Assembly: GCA_017416765.1 (NCBI GenBank)
Contig: JAFQBE010000003.1
Location: 199 to 64,198 of the forward strand
Direction: 5' to 3'
Origin: Clostridia bacterium
GTDB lineage: Bacteria; Bacillota; Clostridia; Oscillospirales; Acutalibacteraceae
DNA: 64,000 nucleotides
The notes beneath the pieces were generated by a model that made no database searches, was not told where the DNA came from, and saw only the letters and a list, made by a program, of their open reading frames with translations. A program made the position numbers and the translations under genes. Numbering within the stretch: the stretch's first letter is position 1; each line of letters starts with the position of its first letter. Shown piece after piece: positions 52,779-63,070 of this stretch.

Positions 52779-53969
52779 ATGAACGCACTCAACAAAAAGA
52801 CAGTTGAAGATATCGACGTAAGCGGCAAAAAAGTACTTGTCCGCTGCGACTTCAACGTACCGCTCAAAGACGGAGTAATCACAAGCGATAAGAGAATAGT
52901 TTCTTCTCTTCCCACAATCAAGTATCTTCTTGATAACAATGCAAGAGTTATCCTCTGCTCACACCTTGGCAGACCCAAGGGTGAGGTTATGCCCGAATTC
53001 TCACTTGCTCCCGTAGCAGCACGCCTTTCCGAGCTTCTCGGCAAGGAAGTAAAGATGGCTAAGGATGTTGTAGGCGAAAGCGCACAGGCACTTGCAGCTT
53101 CTCTCAACGACGGCGATGTAATGCTTCTTGAAAATGTACGCTTTGAAAAAGGCGAAACAAAGAACGATGCAGAACTCAGCAAGGCATTTGCTTCTCTTGC
53201 AGATATCTTTGTTAACGATGCATTCGGTTCAGCTCACAGAGCTCACTCCTCAACAACAGGTGTAGCAGACTACATTCCTGCTGTTTGCGGCTACCTTATC
53301 CAGAAGGAAATTTCCTTCATCGGCGGCGCACTTGAAAACCCGCAGCGTCCCTTCGTTGCAATCCTCGGCGGTGCAAAGGTTTCCGACAAAATCGGCGTTA
53401 TCACAAACCTTCTTGACAAGGTTGACACACTTATCGTCGGCGGCGGTATGGCATACACATTCATGAAGTACCTCGGCCACAACATCGGCACATCTCTCCT
53501 TGAAGCTGACAAGGTTGAGCTTGCAGGTGAAATGATGGCAAAGGCTAAGGAAAAGGGCGTAAACTTCCTTATCCCTGTAGACAACAAGGTTGGTAAGGAA
53601 TACGATCCCAACACAGAAGCACAGATTGTTGATTCAGACGATATCCCCGAAGGCTGGATGGGTCTTGACATCGGTCCCAAGTCACAGGAACTCTTTGCAA
53701 ACGCTATCAAAGGCGCAGGCACAGTTATCTGGAACGGTCCGATGGGCGTTTCCGAATGGGAAAACTTTGCAGCAGGTACAGTTGCAGTTGCTAATGCAGT
53801 TGCAGAAAGCGGCGCAATTTCCATCATCGGCGGCGGCGACAGCGCAGCAGCTGTTCAGAAGCTCGGCTTTGCTGACAAGATGAGCCACATCTCCACAGGC
53901 GGCGGTGCTTCCCTTGAATTTATGGAAGGCAAAGAGCTTCCCGGTATCGCAGCACTCAACGAGAAATAA
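52779..53969 (+). CDS. pgk: phosphoglycerate kinase
   Basis: [29 protein letters not shown] and GGGDSAAA motifs; start set at ATG 52779 (MNALNKKTV); ATG 52767 is also possible. Confidence 0.95.
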   Translation: MNALNKKTVEDIDVSGKKVLVRCDFNVPLKDGVITSDKRIVSSLPTIKYLLDNNARVILCSHLGRPKGEVMPEFSLAPVAARLSELLGKEVKMAKDVVGESAQALAASLNDGDVMLLENVRFEKGETKNDAELSKAFASLADIFVNDAFGSAHRAHSSTTGVADYIPAVCGYLIQKEISFIGGALENPQRPFVAILGGAKVSDKIGVITNLLDKVDTLIVGGGMAYTFMKYLGHNIGTSLLEADKVELAGEMMAKAKEKGVNFLIPVDNKVGKEYDPNTEAQIVDSDDIPEGWMGLDIGPKSQELFANAIKGAGTVIWNGPMGVSEWENFAAGTVAVANAVAESGAISIIGGGDSAAAVQKLGFADKMSHISTGGGASLEFMEGKELPGIAALNEK

Positions 53970-53983
53970 TTAATAAATGATTA

Positions 53984-54011
53984 TTGCCCGTGTAATTTTC
54001 TACACGGGCAA
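53984..54011 (+). terminator. hairpin between pgk and tpiA (partial terminator or processing site candidate)
   Basis: TTGCCCGTGTA-N6-TACACGGGCAA followed by GATTTTAG. Confidence 0.4.
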
Positions 54012-54035
54012 GATTTTAGAAAGGATGTCAATATA

Positions 54036-54803
54036 ATGGATAAGAATCTCCGTAAAGTAGTTATCGCAGGTAACTGGAAAATGAACAAGACTCCCGATGA
54101 GGCTGTTGCACTCATCAACGAAATCAAGCCCCTTGTTGCAGATGCTGGCTGTGACGTAGTTGCTTGCGTTCCCTATATCGACCTTTTTGCAGCTATGGAA
54201 GCAGCAAAGGGTTCCAACATCAAAATCGGTGCAGAAAACTGCCACTGGGCTGAAAGCGGCGCATTTACAGGCGAAGTTTCCGCAAAGATGCTCAAGACAA
54301 TCGGTGTAGAATATGTTGTAATCGGTCACAGCGAACGCAGACAGTTCTTCGGCGAAACAGACGTAACTGTTCAGAAGCGTGTAAGAGCAGCACTTGACAA
54401 CGGTCTTAAAGTTATCCTTTGCGTAGGCGAGCTTCTTGAAGAACGCGAGCAGAATATCACAATGGAAATTGTCCGTATGCAGACAAAAATTGCTCTTCTC
54501 GGTGTTTCCGAAGCAGAGCTTGAAAATATCATCATCGCTTACGAACCCGTATGGGCTATCGGCACAGGTAAAACAGCTACTGCTGAACAGGCTAACGAAG
54601 TTAACTGCGCTATCCGCGCTCTTATCGGCGAGCTTTACGGCAAGGCAGCAGCAGATAAAATTGTTGTTCAGTACGGCGGCAGCATGAACGCAGGCAACGC
54701 AGACGAGCTTCTTGCACAGTACGATGTTGACGGCGGTCTTATCGGCGGCGCATCACTCAAGGCTCCCGACTTTGCAGCTATCGTTAAGGCAGCAAGCAAA
54801 TAA
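54036..54803 (+). CDS. tpiA: triosephosphate isomerase
   Basis: [24 protein letters not shown] and GGASL motifs. Confidence 0.95.
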   Translation: MDKNLRKVVIAGNWKMNKTPDEAVALINEIKPLVADAGCDVVACVPYIDLFAAMEAAKGSNIKIGAENCHWAESGAFTGEVSAKMLKTIGVEYVVIGHSERRQFFGETDVTVQKRVRAALDNGLKVILCVGELLEEREQNITMEIVRMQTKIALLGVSEAELENIIIAYEPVWAIGTGKTATAEQANEVNCAIRALIGELYGKAAADKIVVQYGGSMNAGNADELLAQYDVDGGLIGGASLKAPDFAAIVKAASK

Positions 54804-54829
54804 TTACTGATTATCACGAGGTAATACAA

Positions 54830-56341
54830 ATGAAAAAGCCTATTCTTCTTTGCATTATGGACGGCTTCGGCAAAAACCCGAGCGATTACGGCAACGCTAT
54901 TGTTTCCGCAAAGACTCCAAACCTTGACAACCTCTTTGCAAACTACCCCCTCACATACATTGGTGCATCAGGTCTTGATGTCGGTCTGCCCGACGGTCAG
55001 ATGGGTAACAGCGAAGTAGGTCACACCAACATCGGTGCAGGCCGCGTTGTTTATCAGGAACTTACCAGAATTTCAAAGTCAATTTCCGACGGTGATTTCT
55101 TTACAAACGAAGCATTTATGAACGCAGTTGAAAACTGCAAAAAGAACGGCTCTGCGCTTCACCTTATGGGTCTTGTATCCGATGGCGGTGTTCACAGCCA
55201 CAACACTCACCTTTACGCTCTGCTTGAGCTTGCAAAGCGCAACGGACTTGAAAAAGTTTTTGTTCACTGCTTCATGGACGGACGCGATGTTCCCCCCACA
55301 AGCGGCAAGGATTTCCTTGTTGAGCTTTACAAGAAGTGCGGCGAAATCGGCGTAGGCACAATTGCCAGCGTAATGGGCAGATACTACGTTATGGACCGCG
55401 AAAAGAAATGGGACCGTGTTGAAAAGGCATACCGTGCAATGACAGCACTTGATGCTCCCAAATTCACATGCGCTAAAGAAATGATGGAAAAATCCTATGC
55501 TGACGGCATAACAGATGAATTCATCGTACCCTGCGTAAACGAAAAGGCTGAAGCAGTAAAGAGCGGCGACAGCGTAATTTTCTTCAACTTCCGTCCCGAC
55601 CGTGCAAGAGAAATCACACGCGCATTTGTTGACGGCGAATTTGACGGCTTCAACCGCGAAGAAAAGCTTGACCTTTACTATGTCTGCATGACTCAGTACG
55701 ACGAAACCATGCCCAATGTTGAGGTTGCTTACAAGCCTGAGCGCATTACAATGCCCCTTGGCGAAGTAATCAGCAACGCCGGCATGAAGCAGTTGAGAAT
55801 TGCAGAATACACAAAATACGCACATGTTACCTTCTTCCTCAACGGCGGTGAAGAAACTGTTTACGAGGGTGAAGACAGAAGCCTTACCGATTCCCCCAAT
55901 GTTGCAACCTACGATATGCAGCCCGAAATGAGCGCATACATCGTAGCAGACAAGGTTGTTGACGCTGTTGAATCTGACAAGTATGATGCAATCATGCTCA
56001 ACTTTGCAAACTGCGATATGGTCGGTCACACAGGTGTATTTGACGCAGCAGTTGCAGCTGTTGAAGCTGTTGACGAATGTGTCGGCAAGGTTGTTGACGC
56101 TGTTATGGCAAAGGGTGGTATAGTCCTTATCACAGCTGACCACGGTAATGCAGACAAAATGTATGAAGATGACGGTTCTCCCTTTACCGCACATACAACC
56201 TTCCCCGTTCCCTTCTGCGTAGTCGGCTATGACTGCGAACTTAAAGAAGGCGGCAAGCTGTGCGATATTGCTCCCACAATGCTTCAGATTATGGGTCTTG
56301 AACAGCCCGCACAGATGACAGGCTCATCGCTTATTAAATAA
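54830..56341 (+). CDS. gpmI: 2,3-bisphosphoglycerate-independent phosphoglycerate mutase
   Basis: LCIMDGFG, GNSEVGHTNIGAGR, NFANCDMVGHTG and ITADHGNA motifs. Confidence 0.95.
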   Translation: MKKPILLCIMDGFGKNPSDYGNAIVSAKTPNLDNLFANYPLTYIGASGLDVGLPDGQMGNSEVGHTNIGAGRVVYQELTRISKSISDGDFFTNEAFMNAVENCKKNGSALHLMGLVSDGGVHSHNTHLYALLELAKRNGLEKVFVHCFMDGRDVPPTSGKDFLVELYKKCGEIGVGTIASVMGRYYVMDREKKWDRVEKAYRAMTALDAPKFTCAKEMMEKSYADGITDEFIVPCVNEKAEAVKSGDSVIFFNFRPDRAREITRAFVDGEFDGFNREEKLDLYYVCMTQYDETMPNVEVAYKPERITMPLGEVISNAGMKQLRIAEYTKYAHVTFFLNGGEETVYEGEDRSLTDSPNVATYDMQPEMSAYIVADKVVDAVESDKYDAIMLNFANCDMVGHTGVFDAAVAAVEAVDECVGKVVDAVMAKGGIVLITADHGNADKMYEDDGSPFTAHTTFPVPFCVVGYDCELKEGGKLCDIAPTMLQIMGLEQPAQMTGSSLIK

Positions 56342-56357
56342 AATATTTTTCATTAAT

Positions 56358-56397
56358 AACCCCGCTGTATTGATTACCAAACCATTACAGCGGGGTT
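56358..56397 (+). terminator. intrinsic terminator after gpmI
   Basis: AACCCCGCTGTA-N16-TACAGCGGGGTT followed by TATTAT. Confidence 0.6.
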
Positions 56398-56508
56398 TAT
56401 TATACACGCAGACTTTTCTTTTTTCACAAAATAATATTGATTAATTAAATAATATATGTTATAGTGCATAATACTTAAAAATAATAAAAAGAAAGGAAAT
56501 CCAAAACT

Positions 56509-58101
56509 ATGCTTGAAGCACTTTTTGCATCAAAAGTATTCATTAAGGTTCTCACTGTACTTTCAGCTTTTCTGATGCTGTTCCTCAGCCCCGGCGGTGC
56601 TATCCGTCAACCCGCAGCAGCAGATAAATGCCCCCCCTTCATGGGTGAAGTTGCAGTTGCAGACGAGATGGATGAAATCGTTATTCCGCAGAACCCCTAC
56701 CTTGCAAAAGAGGGTACAAACGGTATGCACGGTAACTCCTACAACACAGGCTCATATAACCACATGGGTCCCCTCGGCGTCAACCCCGTTGTAAAGAGCC
56801 GCTCATTAAATGTCTTTGGCGGTCTTGTTGCAACATGTATGTTCGACAGCAAGGGTAGAATCATGTGTATCAGCGGTAATGCTGTAGGCTTCCGCCTTCT
56901 TCTCCTTGATCCCGATACACTTGAAATTCTCGCTGAAACACGTCTCCCCCAGCGTCCTTCAACTATTGAAGCCATCAAGAGATTTGATTTCGGCTCAATC
57001 TCAAGCGATACTTCCGGCGGTGCTTATTGCCACCTTCTCGCAGGCGACAGACCGATTATCGGCAACTCTGAAAATATAATTCAGATTTACAGAATTGAAG
57101 AAGCCGACGGTACACCTGAATGGGTAGTTGAAAAGGAATACAACATCAGCAGCTACCTTCCCGAAGGTTCATACCTTACAGATGCTGTTCCCGACTACGA
57201 AGGCAACATCTGGTTCGTAACACGCCCCGGCGAAATCGGTTATATTGAGCCCGAATCAGGCAAAGTTCACCTGACAAAGCTTACATTTAACGGTCAGGGC
57301 GAAGAAATTCAGAACACCTTCGGTATTTCCGAAGACGGTGTTTATATTGTTTCCGACCACGCTATGTACCGCTTCGACATTAAGGAAAACGGCGATCCCT
57401 ACTATACCTGGAGAACATCTTATGATCGCGGCACAACACTCAAGCCCGGTGCAATTAACCAGGGCAGCGGTACAACACCGACACTTCTCGATGTTCCTTG
57501 CTCCGATGGCAGCGTTAAAAAGGTTGTTGCTATCACTGACAACGCTGACAAGCAGGTTCACGTTTGCATTTATGACCGCGAAAACGGTGACATCATTGCT
57601 GAAGTTCCCGTATTTACAGAGGGCAAGAGCGTAAGCGAAAACAGCCTTATTGCTCACGGCCGTTCCTTCATCGTTGAAAACAACTATTCCGAAAGCGGTT
57701 CAGGCTTCCTTGTAACAGACCCCACAAGTGAACCCGGCGTTGTAAGAATTGACCTCAACGAAGACTGTACAGACGCATTCATCGCATGGGAAAGCCAGGA
57801 AGCATCCTGCACAGTTGTTCCCAAGCTCTCCACAGAAAATGGTCTTGTTTATCTCTACACAAGAGAGTACGACGATGCAGCGGATAGCGATGACGATGGC
57901 ATCCCCGCTAACAAAGTTGCATGGTATCTCACAGCTGTTGATTTTGATACAGGCGAAACTGTATTCAAGGTGTTCACAGGTATCGGCAGAAACTGGAACA
58001 ACAGCTACGGTCCGATTACAATTGGTCCTAACAACACCCTTTATGTAGGTGTATTTAACGGTATTATTTCCGTTAAGGATACTCCGACAGCTGCAAACTA
58101 A
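56509..58101 (+). CDS. secreted/membrane-anchored protein of unknown function
   Basis: N-terminal hydrophobic signal/anchor VFIKVLTVLSAFLMLFLSPGGA; AGGAA RBS; flanked by terminators on both sides; I recognised no family motif. Confidence 0.6.
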   Translation: MLEALFASKVFIKVLTVLSAFLMLFLSPGGAIRQPAAADKCPPFMGEVAVADEMDEIVIPQNPYLAKEGTNGMHGNSYNTGSYNHMGPLGVNPVVKSRSLNVFGGLVATCMFDSKGRIMCISGNAVGFRLLLLDPDTLEILAETRLPQRPSTIEAIKRFDFGSISSDTSGGAYCHLLAGDRPIIGNSENIIQIYRIEEADGTPEWVVEKEYNISSYLPEGSYLTDAVPDYEGNIWFVTRPGEIGYIEPESGKVHLTKLTFNGQGEEIQNTFGISEDGVYIVSDHAMYRFDIKENGDPYYTWRTSYDRGTTLKPGAINQGSGTTPTLLDVPCSDGSVKKVVAITDNADKQVHVCIYDRENGDIIAEVPVFTEGKSVSENSLIAHGRSFIVENNYSESGSGFLVTDPTSEPGVVRIDLNEDCTDAFIAWESQEASCTVVPKLSTENGLVYLYTREYDDAADSDDDGIPANKVAWYLTAVDFDTGETVFKVFTGIGRNWNNSYGPITIGPNNTLYVGVFNGIISVKDTPTAAN

Positions 58102-58112
58102 GCTACATAACT

Positions 58113-58139
58113 ACAGCCCAACCTTTACGGTTGGGCTGT
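58113..58139. terminator. bidirectional terminator between convergent genes
   Basis: ACAGCCCAACC-N5-GGTTGGGCTGT followed by TACTTTTTTA on the plus strand. Confidence 0.65.
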
Positions 58140-58171
58140 TACTTTTTTATGGATAATTTATAAAACTGAAA

Positions 58172-59233
58172 TTACAGCAATACTTCCTTACCTGTTTTTG
58201 CAGATTCGTAAATTGCGCAAAGAATTTTAATCATATCAATACCCTGCTGAGGCTCAAAAATCGGTTTTGCTCCGTTAATTACAACATCGTAGAAATGGCG
58301 AAGATTGTACATATGACCATGCTTTTCCGTCATGTTTGCGGGAGCGATGTCAAGCAGCTGACCGTCTTCTTCCGTAAATATTTCAAGCACACCGTTGCGC
58401 CATTCAAGACCTGACTTTGTACCGCGAAGTTCAACAAAGCGGTTTTCGCGCTTGATATTGGATGCCCAGCTGAACTCAATCTGAAGCACTGCACCGTTAT
58501 CAAAGCGTATCATACCCATTGCAAGGTCTTCAACATCAAAGGTACCGTCTGCCATTTTATCGCCGAAATCGGAATTGACGGAATCGCTTGAATCGTTATC
58601 TGCAAACTTGCAGTATGTATTGCCGGAAACGGCTACCGGTGTGGGGTTACCCATAAGCCATATTGAAAGGTCGATAAGGTGAACACCGAGGTCAATCAGC
58701 GGACCGCCGCCTGACTGTTCTTTAGTTGTAAACCAGCCACCCTTTCCGGGGATACCGCGCCTTCTCTGCCAACCGCAGCGACCGCAGTAAATTTCGCCCA
58801 TTGCGCCCTTTTCAATATATTTCTTGGCATATTTTGAAGCATCAACAAAGCGGTTGTTTCTCATAATCATGAGCGTTTTGCCCGCCTTTTTAGCTGCTTC
58901 ATTCATGCGGACAGCTTCCTCAACGCTGACAGCATCTGGCTTTTCGCAGAAAACATGCTTGCCTGCCTCAAAAGCGGCAACAGCTATAATCGAATGAAGA
59001 TAGTTAGGTGTACAGATGTCAACGGAATCAATGGTTTCATCCTTTAAAAGTTCCTTATAATCCGTATAAACATCTGCATTAGGGAAATAGTTATCTTTAA
59101 GATACTGTGCCCTTTCTTCAATAATATCACAAAGGGCAACAACCTCTATTCTGTCATCATCAAGATATTCTTCAAGGTGTGCACCCTTACAGATGCCGCC
59201 GTTGCCTATAATACCTACACGCCATTTTGCCAT
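58172..59233 (-). CDS. Gfo/Idh/MocA family oxidoreductase
   Basis: Rossmann motif WRVGIIGNGGI and the EKP motif (FCEKPDA); start set at ATG 59233 (AAGGAGG upstream). Confidence 0.8.
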   Translation of the reverse strand: MAKWRVGIIGNGGICKGAHLEEYLDDDRIEVVALCDIIEERAQYLKDNYFPNADVYTDYKELLKDETIDSVDICTPNYLHSIIAVAAFEAGKHVFCEKPDAVSVEEAVRMNEAAKKAGKTLMIMRNNRFVDASKYAKKYIEKGAMGEIYCGRCGWQRRRGIPGKGGWFTTKEQSGGGPLIDLGVHLIDLSIWLMGNPTPVAVSGNTYCKFADNDSSDSVNSDFGDKMADGTFDVEDLAMGMIRFDNGAVLQIEFSWASNIKRENRFVELRGTKSGLEWRNGVLEIFTEEDGQLLDIAPANMTEKHGHMYNLRHFYDVVINGAKPIFEPQQGIDMIKILCAIYESAKTGKEVLL

Positions 59234-59302
59234 AATATATACCTCCTTATATTTTAACATTAAAATAACATTATTACAAACCGCTGTCAACAGTTGTTTT
59301 TA

Positions 59303-59884
59303 TTACAAATATTTTTCAATTACAAAATAATCATTATACGCTGTCCCGTCATGACCGATTAGCTTTTTCTCCGACAAAGCAAAGCCGATATCTTTAAGTG
59401 CCTTTATTCTTTCTGTAGCAGCCGGTACAGCTTTTGTGGCAATTTTTCTGCAATGAAACAATTTGAATGTTGGTGTAAAGATTAAAGACATTATATTGAT
59501 TATAAACTTTTGCTTTTCATAATCGCTTCTCAAATCAAGGCGTAGTAAACCGCAAGCATTAAAATAATCATCCGATTTTCTTTTAAAAAGTTCTATTGTG
59601 CCTACAGCTTCATTAGTAGTTTTATCAATAATTGACCAGCGCACAAAACCTTTTCTTTCATATTCCCACAGCCAATACGCTATAGCTTCTTTCATTCGTT
59701 CACAAGAAGTGTAATAAAAAGTATCACCGCCGCAATTATCACTGTTAAAAAAAGGTACGGCTTTTTCATCGGAATATACTTTGAGCAAATCGTCACAATC
59801 TTTCAGCTCAACTTTTCTCAATAAAAACATTTCATTTTCGAAGCTCGGACACGCTTTGTAAACATCATTATTTTTCAGACACAT
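59303..59884 (-). CDS. GNAT family N-acetyltransferase
   Basis: RimJ/RimL-like layout (FLLRKVELKDCDDL...WSIIDKTTNEAVGTIEL...); start set at ATG 59884 (AGGAG 7 nt upstream); the track ORF extends to 59926. Confidence 0.55.
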   Translation of the reverse strand: MCLKNNDVYKACPSFENEMFLLRKVELKDCDDLLKVYSDEKAVPFFNSDNCGGDTFYYTSCERMKEAIAYWLWEYERKGFVRWSIIDKTTNEAVGTIELFKRKSDDYFNACGLLRLDLRSDYEKQKFIINIMSLIFTPTFKLFHCRKIATKAVPAATERIKALKDIGFALSEKKLIGHDGTAYNDYFVIEKYL

Positions 59885-60047
59885 AAGTTTTCTCCTTTTG
59901 TCGAACATTTGTTCATAGTTTAACATTGTTTTTCTATCTTGTCAACAAAAATAACCTCTTTTTTATATGGAAGCTGACATATTGCGATAGGACCATATGT
60001 ATGGTATAATTCTATCAAGAAAAAATACAAGGAGATACATATAAATT

Positions 60048-61313
60048 ATGAAAGCAGCAAAAAAGGTTATTGCAATTTTTCTTTGTTTAACCTGTATAAT
60101 TTCCTGCACCTGTTTTTCGGGTACGGCAAAGGAAGATAATGCGACCGTAACAGGCTTTACCAATGAAGATTTTCTTAAAACTAAGGGGCAGAAGCTCGTT
60201 AACCAAAACGGCGAAGAAGTACGGCTTAAAGGTGTTAACCTTGGCGCATGGATGATTTGGGAGGACTGGCTTTGTCCCTATGACCCTGTTGAAGATAAGC
60301 TTGACCACTATACTGTACTTACCGAGCTTGAAGACCGTTTCGGCAGAGAAGGTGCATATAAGCTTTTCAACACATACATGGATAACTGGATTACAGAATA
60401 CGACCTCGACGAAATCAAAAAGCTTGGTTTTAATGCGGTGCGTGTCCCCTTCTGGTACAGAAATTTTTACTACGATGACAAGGGTACAAAAATCCTTGAT
60501 GAAAACGGCAAATGGGATTTCTCACGCCTTGAATGGATTGTCGGCGAATGTTCGGAGCGCGGTATATATGTTGTGCTTGACATGCACGGTGCCGTAGGCT
60601 ACCAAAGCGATGCACCACACAACGGTAAGGGAGATTCCTGCGGACTGTATGACGATACCGAACAGGGCGAAAAATACCGCAAGCTTACCGACGAGTTGTG
60701 GACAGAAATTGCAACCCGCTTTAAGGATGAGCCTGCCGTTGCAATGTACGATTTGCTCAATGAGCCCATGTGCGATGTTGACTGCGACGAATTTCAGCGC
60801 AGAAAAAACAACGAATTCATTTATACAAGGCTTTATGATACCGTCAGAAAAGTTGATGACCGACACATAATCACAATGGAAGCTATATGGACAGCGATTG
60901 CCCTGCCGCACGCATTCATGAAAGGTTGGGACAATGTTGTTTATCAAGTACATTTTTACAATAATTCAAACTTTATATTTACTGCCTTCGCTTTTTTGAC
61001 AAAAATTATTTTCTTTGATGTTCCGATGATGATGGGCGAATTCTTCCCACATGGTGACACAACCTGGGAAAACTGCTTCAACACAATGGATAACCTTAAT
61101 TACAGCTGGTTTTTGTGGACATACAAGGCATCCAACCATGGTATGTGGGAATCAGACTGGTGTTTACGCGGTGCAAAGGACGGCTTTAAAAGAGCTGACA
61201 TATACACCGACAGCTACGAAGAAATCGAGCAAAAGTGGGGCGAATGCTTACGCACAGAAATCGGATTTCAGGACAGCGGACACTATGAAAGAAATGTAAA
61301 AGACCATTTATAA
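60048..61313 (+). CDS. secreted glycoside hydrolase family 5
   Basis: Signal peptide; GVNLGAWM, FNAVRVPF, VVLDMHG, acid/base LLNEP and nucleophile region MMGEF. Confidence 0.8.
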   Translation: MKAAKKVIAIFLCLTCIISCTCFSGTAKEDNATVTGFTNEDFLKTKGQKLVNQNGEEVRLKGVNLGAWMIWEDWLCPYDPVEDKLDHYTVLTELEDRFGREGAYKLFNTYMDNWITEYDLDEIKKLGFNAVRVPFWYRNFYYDDKGTKILDENGKWDFSRLEWIVGECSERGIYVVLDMHGAVGYQSDAPHNGKGDSCGLYDDTEQGEKYRKLTDELWTEIATRFKDEPAVAMYDLLNEPMCDVDCDEFQRRKNNEFIYTRLYDTVRKVDDRHIITMEAIWTAIALPHAFMKGWDNVVYQVHFYNNSNFIFTAFAFLTKIIFFDVPMMMGEFFPHGDTTWENCFNTMDNLNYSWFLWTYKASNHGMWESDWCLRGAKDGFKRADIYTDSYEEIEQKWGECLRTEIGFQDSGHYERNVKDHL

Positions 61314-61338
61314 AATTTCCCAAGGAGGAATTTACATA

Positions 61339-63042
61339 ATGACCATTTTAAGAACAACAATCACACTTTTTACGGCAATTTTCATGTTCATATACAACGG
61401 TATCACTTCATTTTTGCCCGTAGCCATACCCGAAGCAAAAACGGAAGCAGAATTGAATGAGCTCCTTTATGATTTTGATGTAAAGCCGCTTGCAGATGAA
61501 ATAGTTGTTGTAAGCGGACTGAGCAAGGATGAACGCGCAGCTGTACAATGCCTTCAGGGTCTTGTAAGCAGAGATAAGCCATCAATTTTCATAAATTACG
61601 GTATGGATTCAGCTACCGAACTCAAAGAGCTTGAAGCAGCAGGCTACACCCTGCTGTACAAGGACGAAAGTGGCAACAACTGGGACCTTACAAGCCTTAT
61701 CAACCGCTATTCTTCACACATAAGCGATAAAGGCTATGTTCTTTATTCCGATTCAGACACACATTCTCAGATTAATCTTGCATTCAACTACGCTACGGTT
61801 AATGGCTGGCTTGCAGTACCCGTTTCGTCAGAAAGTAAAGCAATAGCCGCAGGGCTTGAAAAGAAAGAGGATTTAAGCACAACTGTGCTTGATTTTACAC
61901 ACGAAGAAACATTTTATGACCAATACAAGGACGAATTCCGCAAGGACTGCCTTGTTCACCTTTATGCCGATGCAAGCGGTCTGCGTGACCTTGCAGTACA
62001 GCAAAAAATATTTATAACCTTTGTTGAAGACGATGACTATGTTGCACGCGCTTTCCGCGATAAGATTTACGGCGACCTTGAACCCGCTTCGATGATACTC
62101 GGCTGGTGCAAATACGAAATAAAGCACACAGAATGCGCTGGCAGATTCGGACACTATGTTATTCCGTCAGACCACAGTTTCAACATGAGCCTGCTCACCT
62201 GCAACAGAATTGAAACAGGCAAAATCGGTGCAGAAAATGTAGTTGCACCTGAGCTTGACCCTTCAAAGCACTACATTGCAATTGTATGGAGTGACGGCGA
62301 CAATGCACAGTGGATTTCCAACGGATATAAGGAATTTCACACCTGGCAGAGCTATGATATAGACACACCCATCACATGGACCTTTGCCCCTCAGATGTAT
62401 AAATTTTCAACTATAGCTGTAAAAAAAGCACTTGATAACAAAGATAATGAGGATTCCTTCATTACGGGTCCTTCAGGTGCGGGTTACGCAAGAATTTCAA
62501 AAATGTCCCCTGAAGAGGTAAGAGCTTATTCTGACCTTACAGCAGCAACGATGCTTAAGAGCGGTATTTCAACAATGACCCTGCTTGATGAACTGAACAA
62601 CGAAATTGACTTTGCTTTATACGCCAACAAGCTTGGCTACTTTGCAAGATACGATAACATCAAAGGCGGTGTGCTTCAGATAGACCCTGATGAGTACACC
62701 GGCGGTTACGGCGGTGGCAGAGGCAGAGTTTTCTTTGCAAACGACAAGCCCTTTGTTTCAGTAAGATTTTCACTCTGGCATCCGAGCGGTGACGCAAGCC
62801 AGGTAACTCAGGAATGGCTCAAAGCACAGGCAGATATTATCAACACCTACCCTGCAGATATAAAAACAATCAACGGCTACAGCATAATCAATGTCCACCC
62901 GTGGACAGTAGGACCGGACGACCTTGCATATTTTGTAAGCCAGCTTGATGACGGAATTGAAGTAATTTCGGCAGATGAGCTTATTGCCGCAGTAACGGAA
63001 AACATACCGCACAAAGATGCCAAACCCGATACAGCTAAATAA
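61339..63042 (+). CDS. membrane-anchored/secreted protein, possibly a GxGYxYP-family putative glycoside hydrolase
   Basis: N-terminal TM; GPSGAGYARI partly matches the GxGYxYP signature; sits between GH5 and GH16 genes. Confidence 0.4.
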   Translation: MTILRTTITLFTAIFMFIYNGITSFLPVAIPEAKTEAELNELLYDFDVKPLADEIVVVSGLSKDERAAVQCLQGLVSRDKPSIFINYGMDSATELKELEAAGYTLLYKDESGNNWDLTSLINRYSSHISDKGYVLYSDSDTHSQINLAFNYATVNGWLAVPVSSESKAIAAGLEKKEDLSTTVLDFTHEETFYDQYKDEFRKDCLVHLYADASGLRDLAVQQKIFITFVEDDDYVARAFRDKIYGDLEPASMILGWCKYEIKHTECAGRFGHYVIPSDHSFNMSLLTCNRIETGKIGAENVVAPELDPSKHYIAIVWSDGDNAQWISNGYKEFHTWQSYDIDTPITWTFAPQMYKFSTIAVKKALDNKDNEDSFITGPSGAGYARISKMSPEEVRAYSDLTAATMLKSGISTMTLLDELNNEIDFALYANKLGYFARYDNIKGGVLQIDPDEYTGGYGGGRGRVFFANDKPFVSVRFSLWHPSGDASQVTQEWLKAQADIINTYPADIKTINGYSIINVHPWTVGPDDLAYFVSQLDDGIEVISADELIAAVTENIPHKDAKPDTAK

Positions 63043-63070
63043 AACAAATAACTAAAACGGAGGAACAAAA

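Noticed and set aside
55079-56194. 371-aa ORF antisense to gpmI, with similar antisense ORFs in pgk (52739-53182, 53291-53827), GH3 (44321-44737, 45074-45523), serA (50886-51356) and GH16 (63191-63688)
   Set aside because: The opposite strand encodes unmistakable conserved enzymes. The antisense translations are Cys/Phe/Val-rich with no recognisable motifs or RBS.
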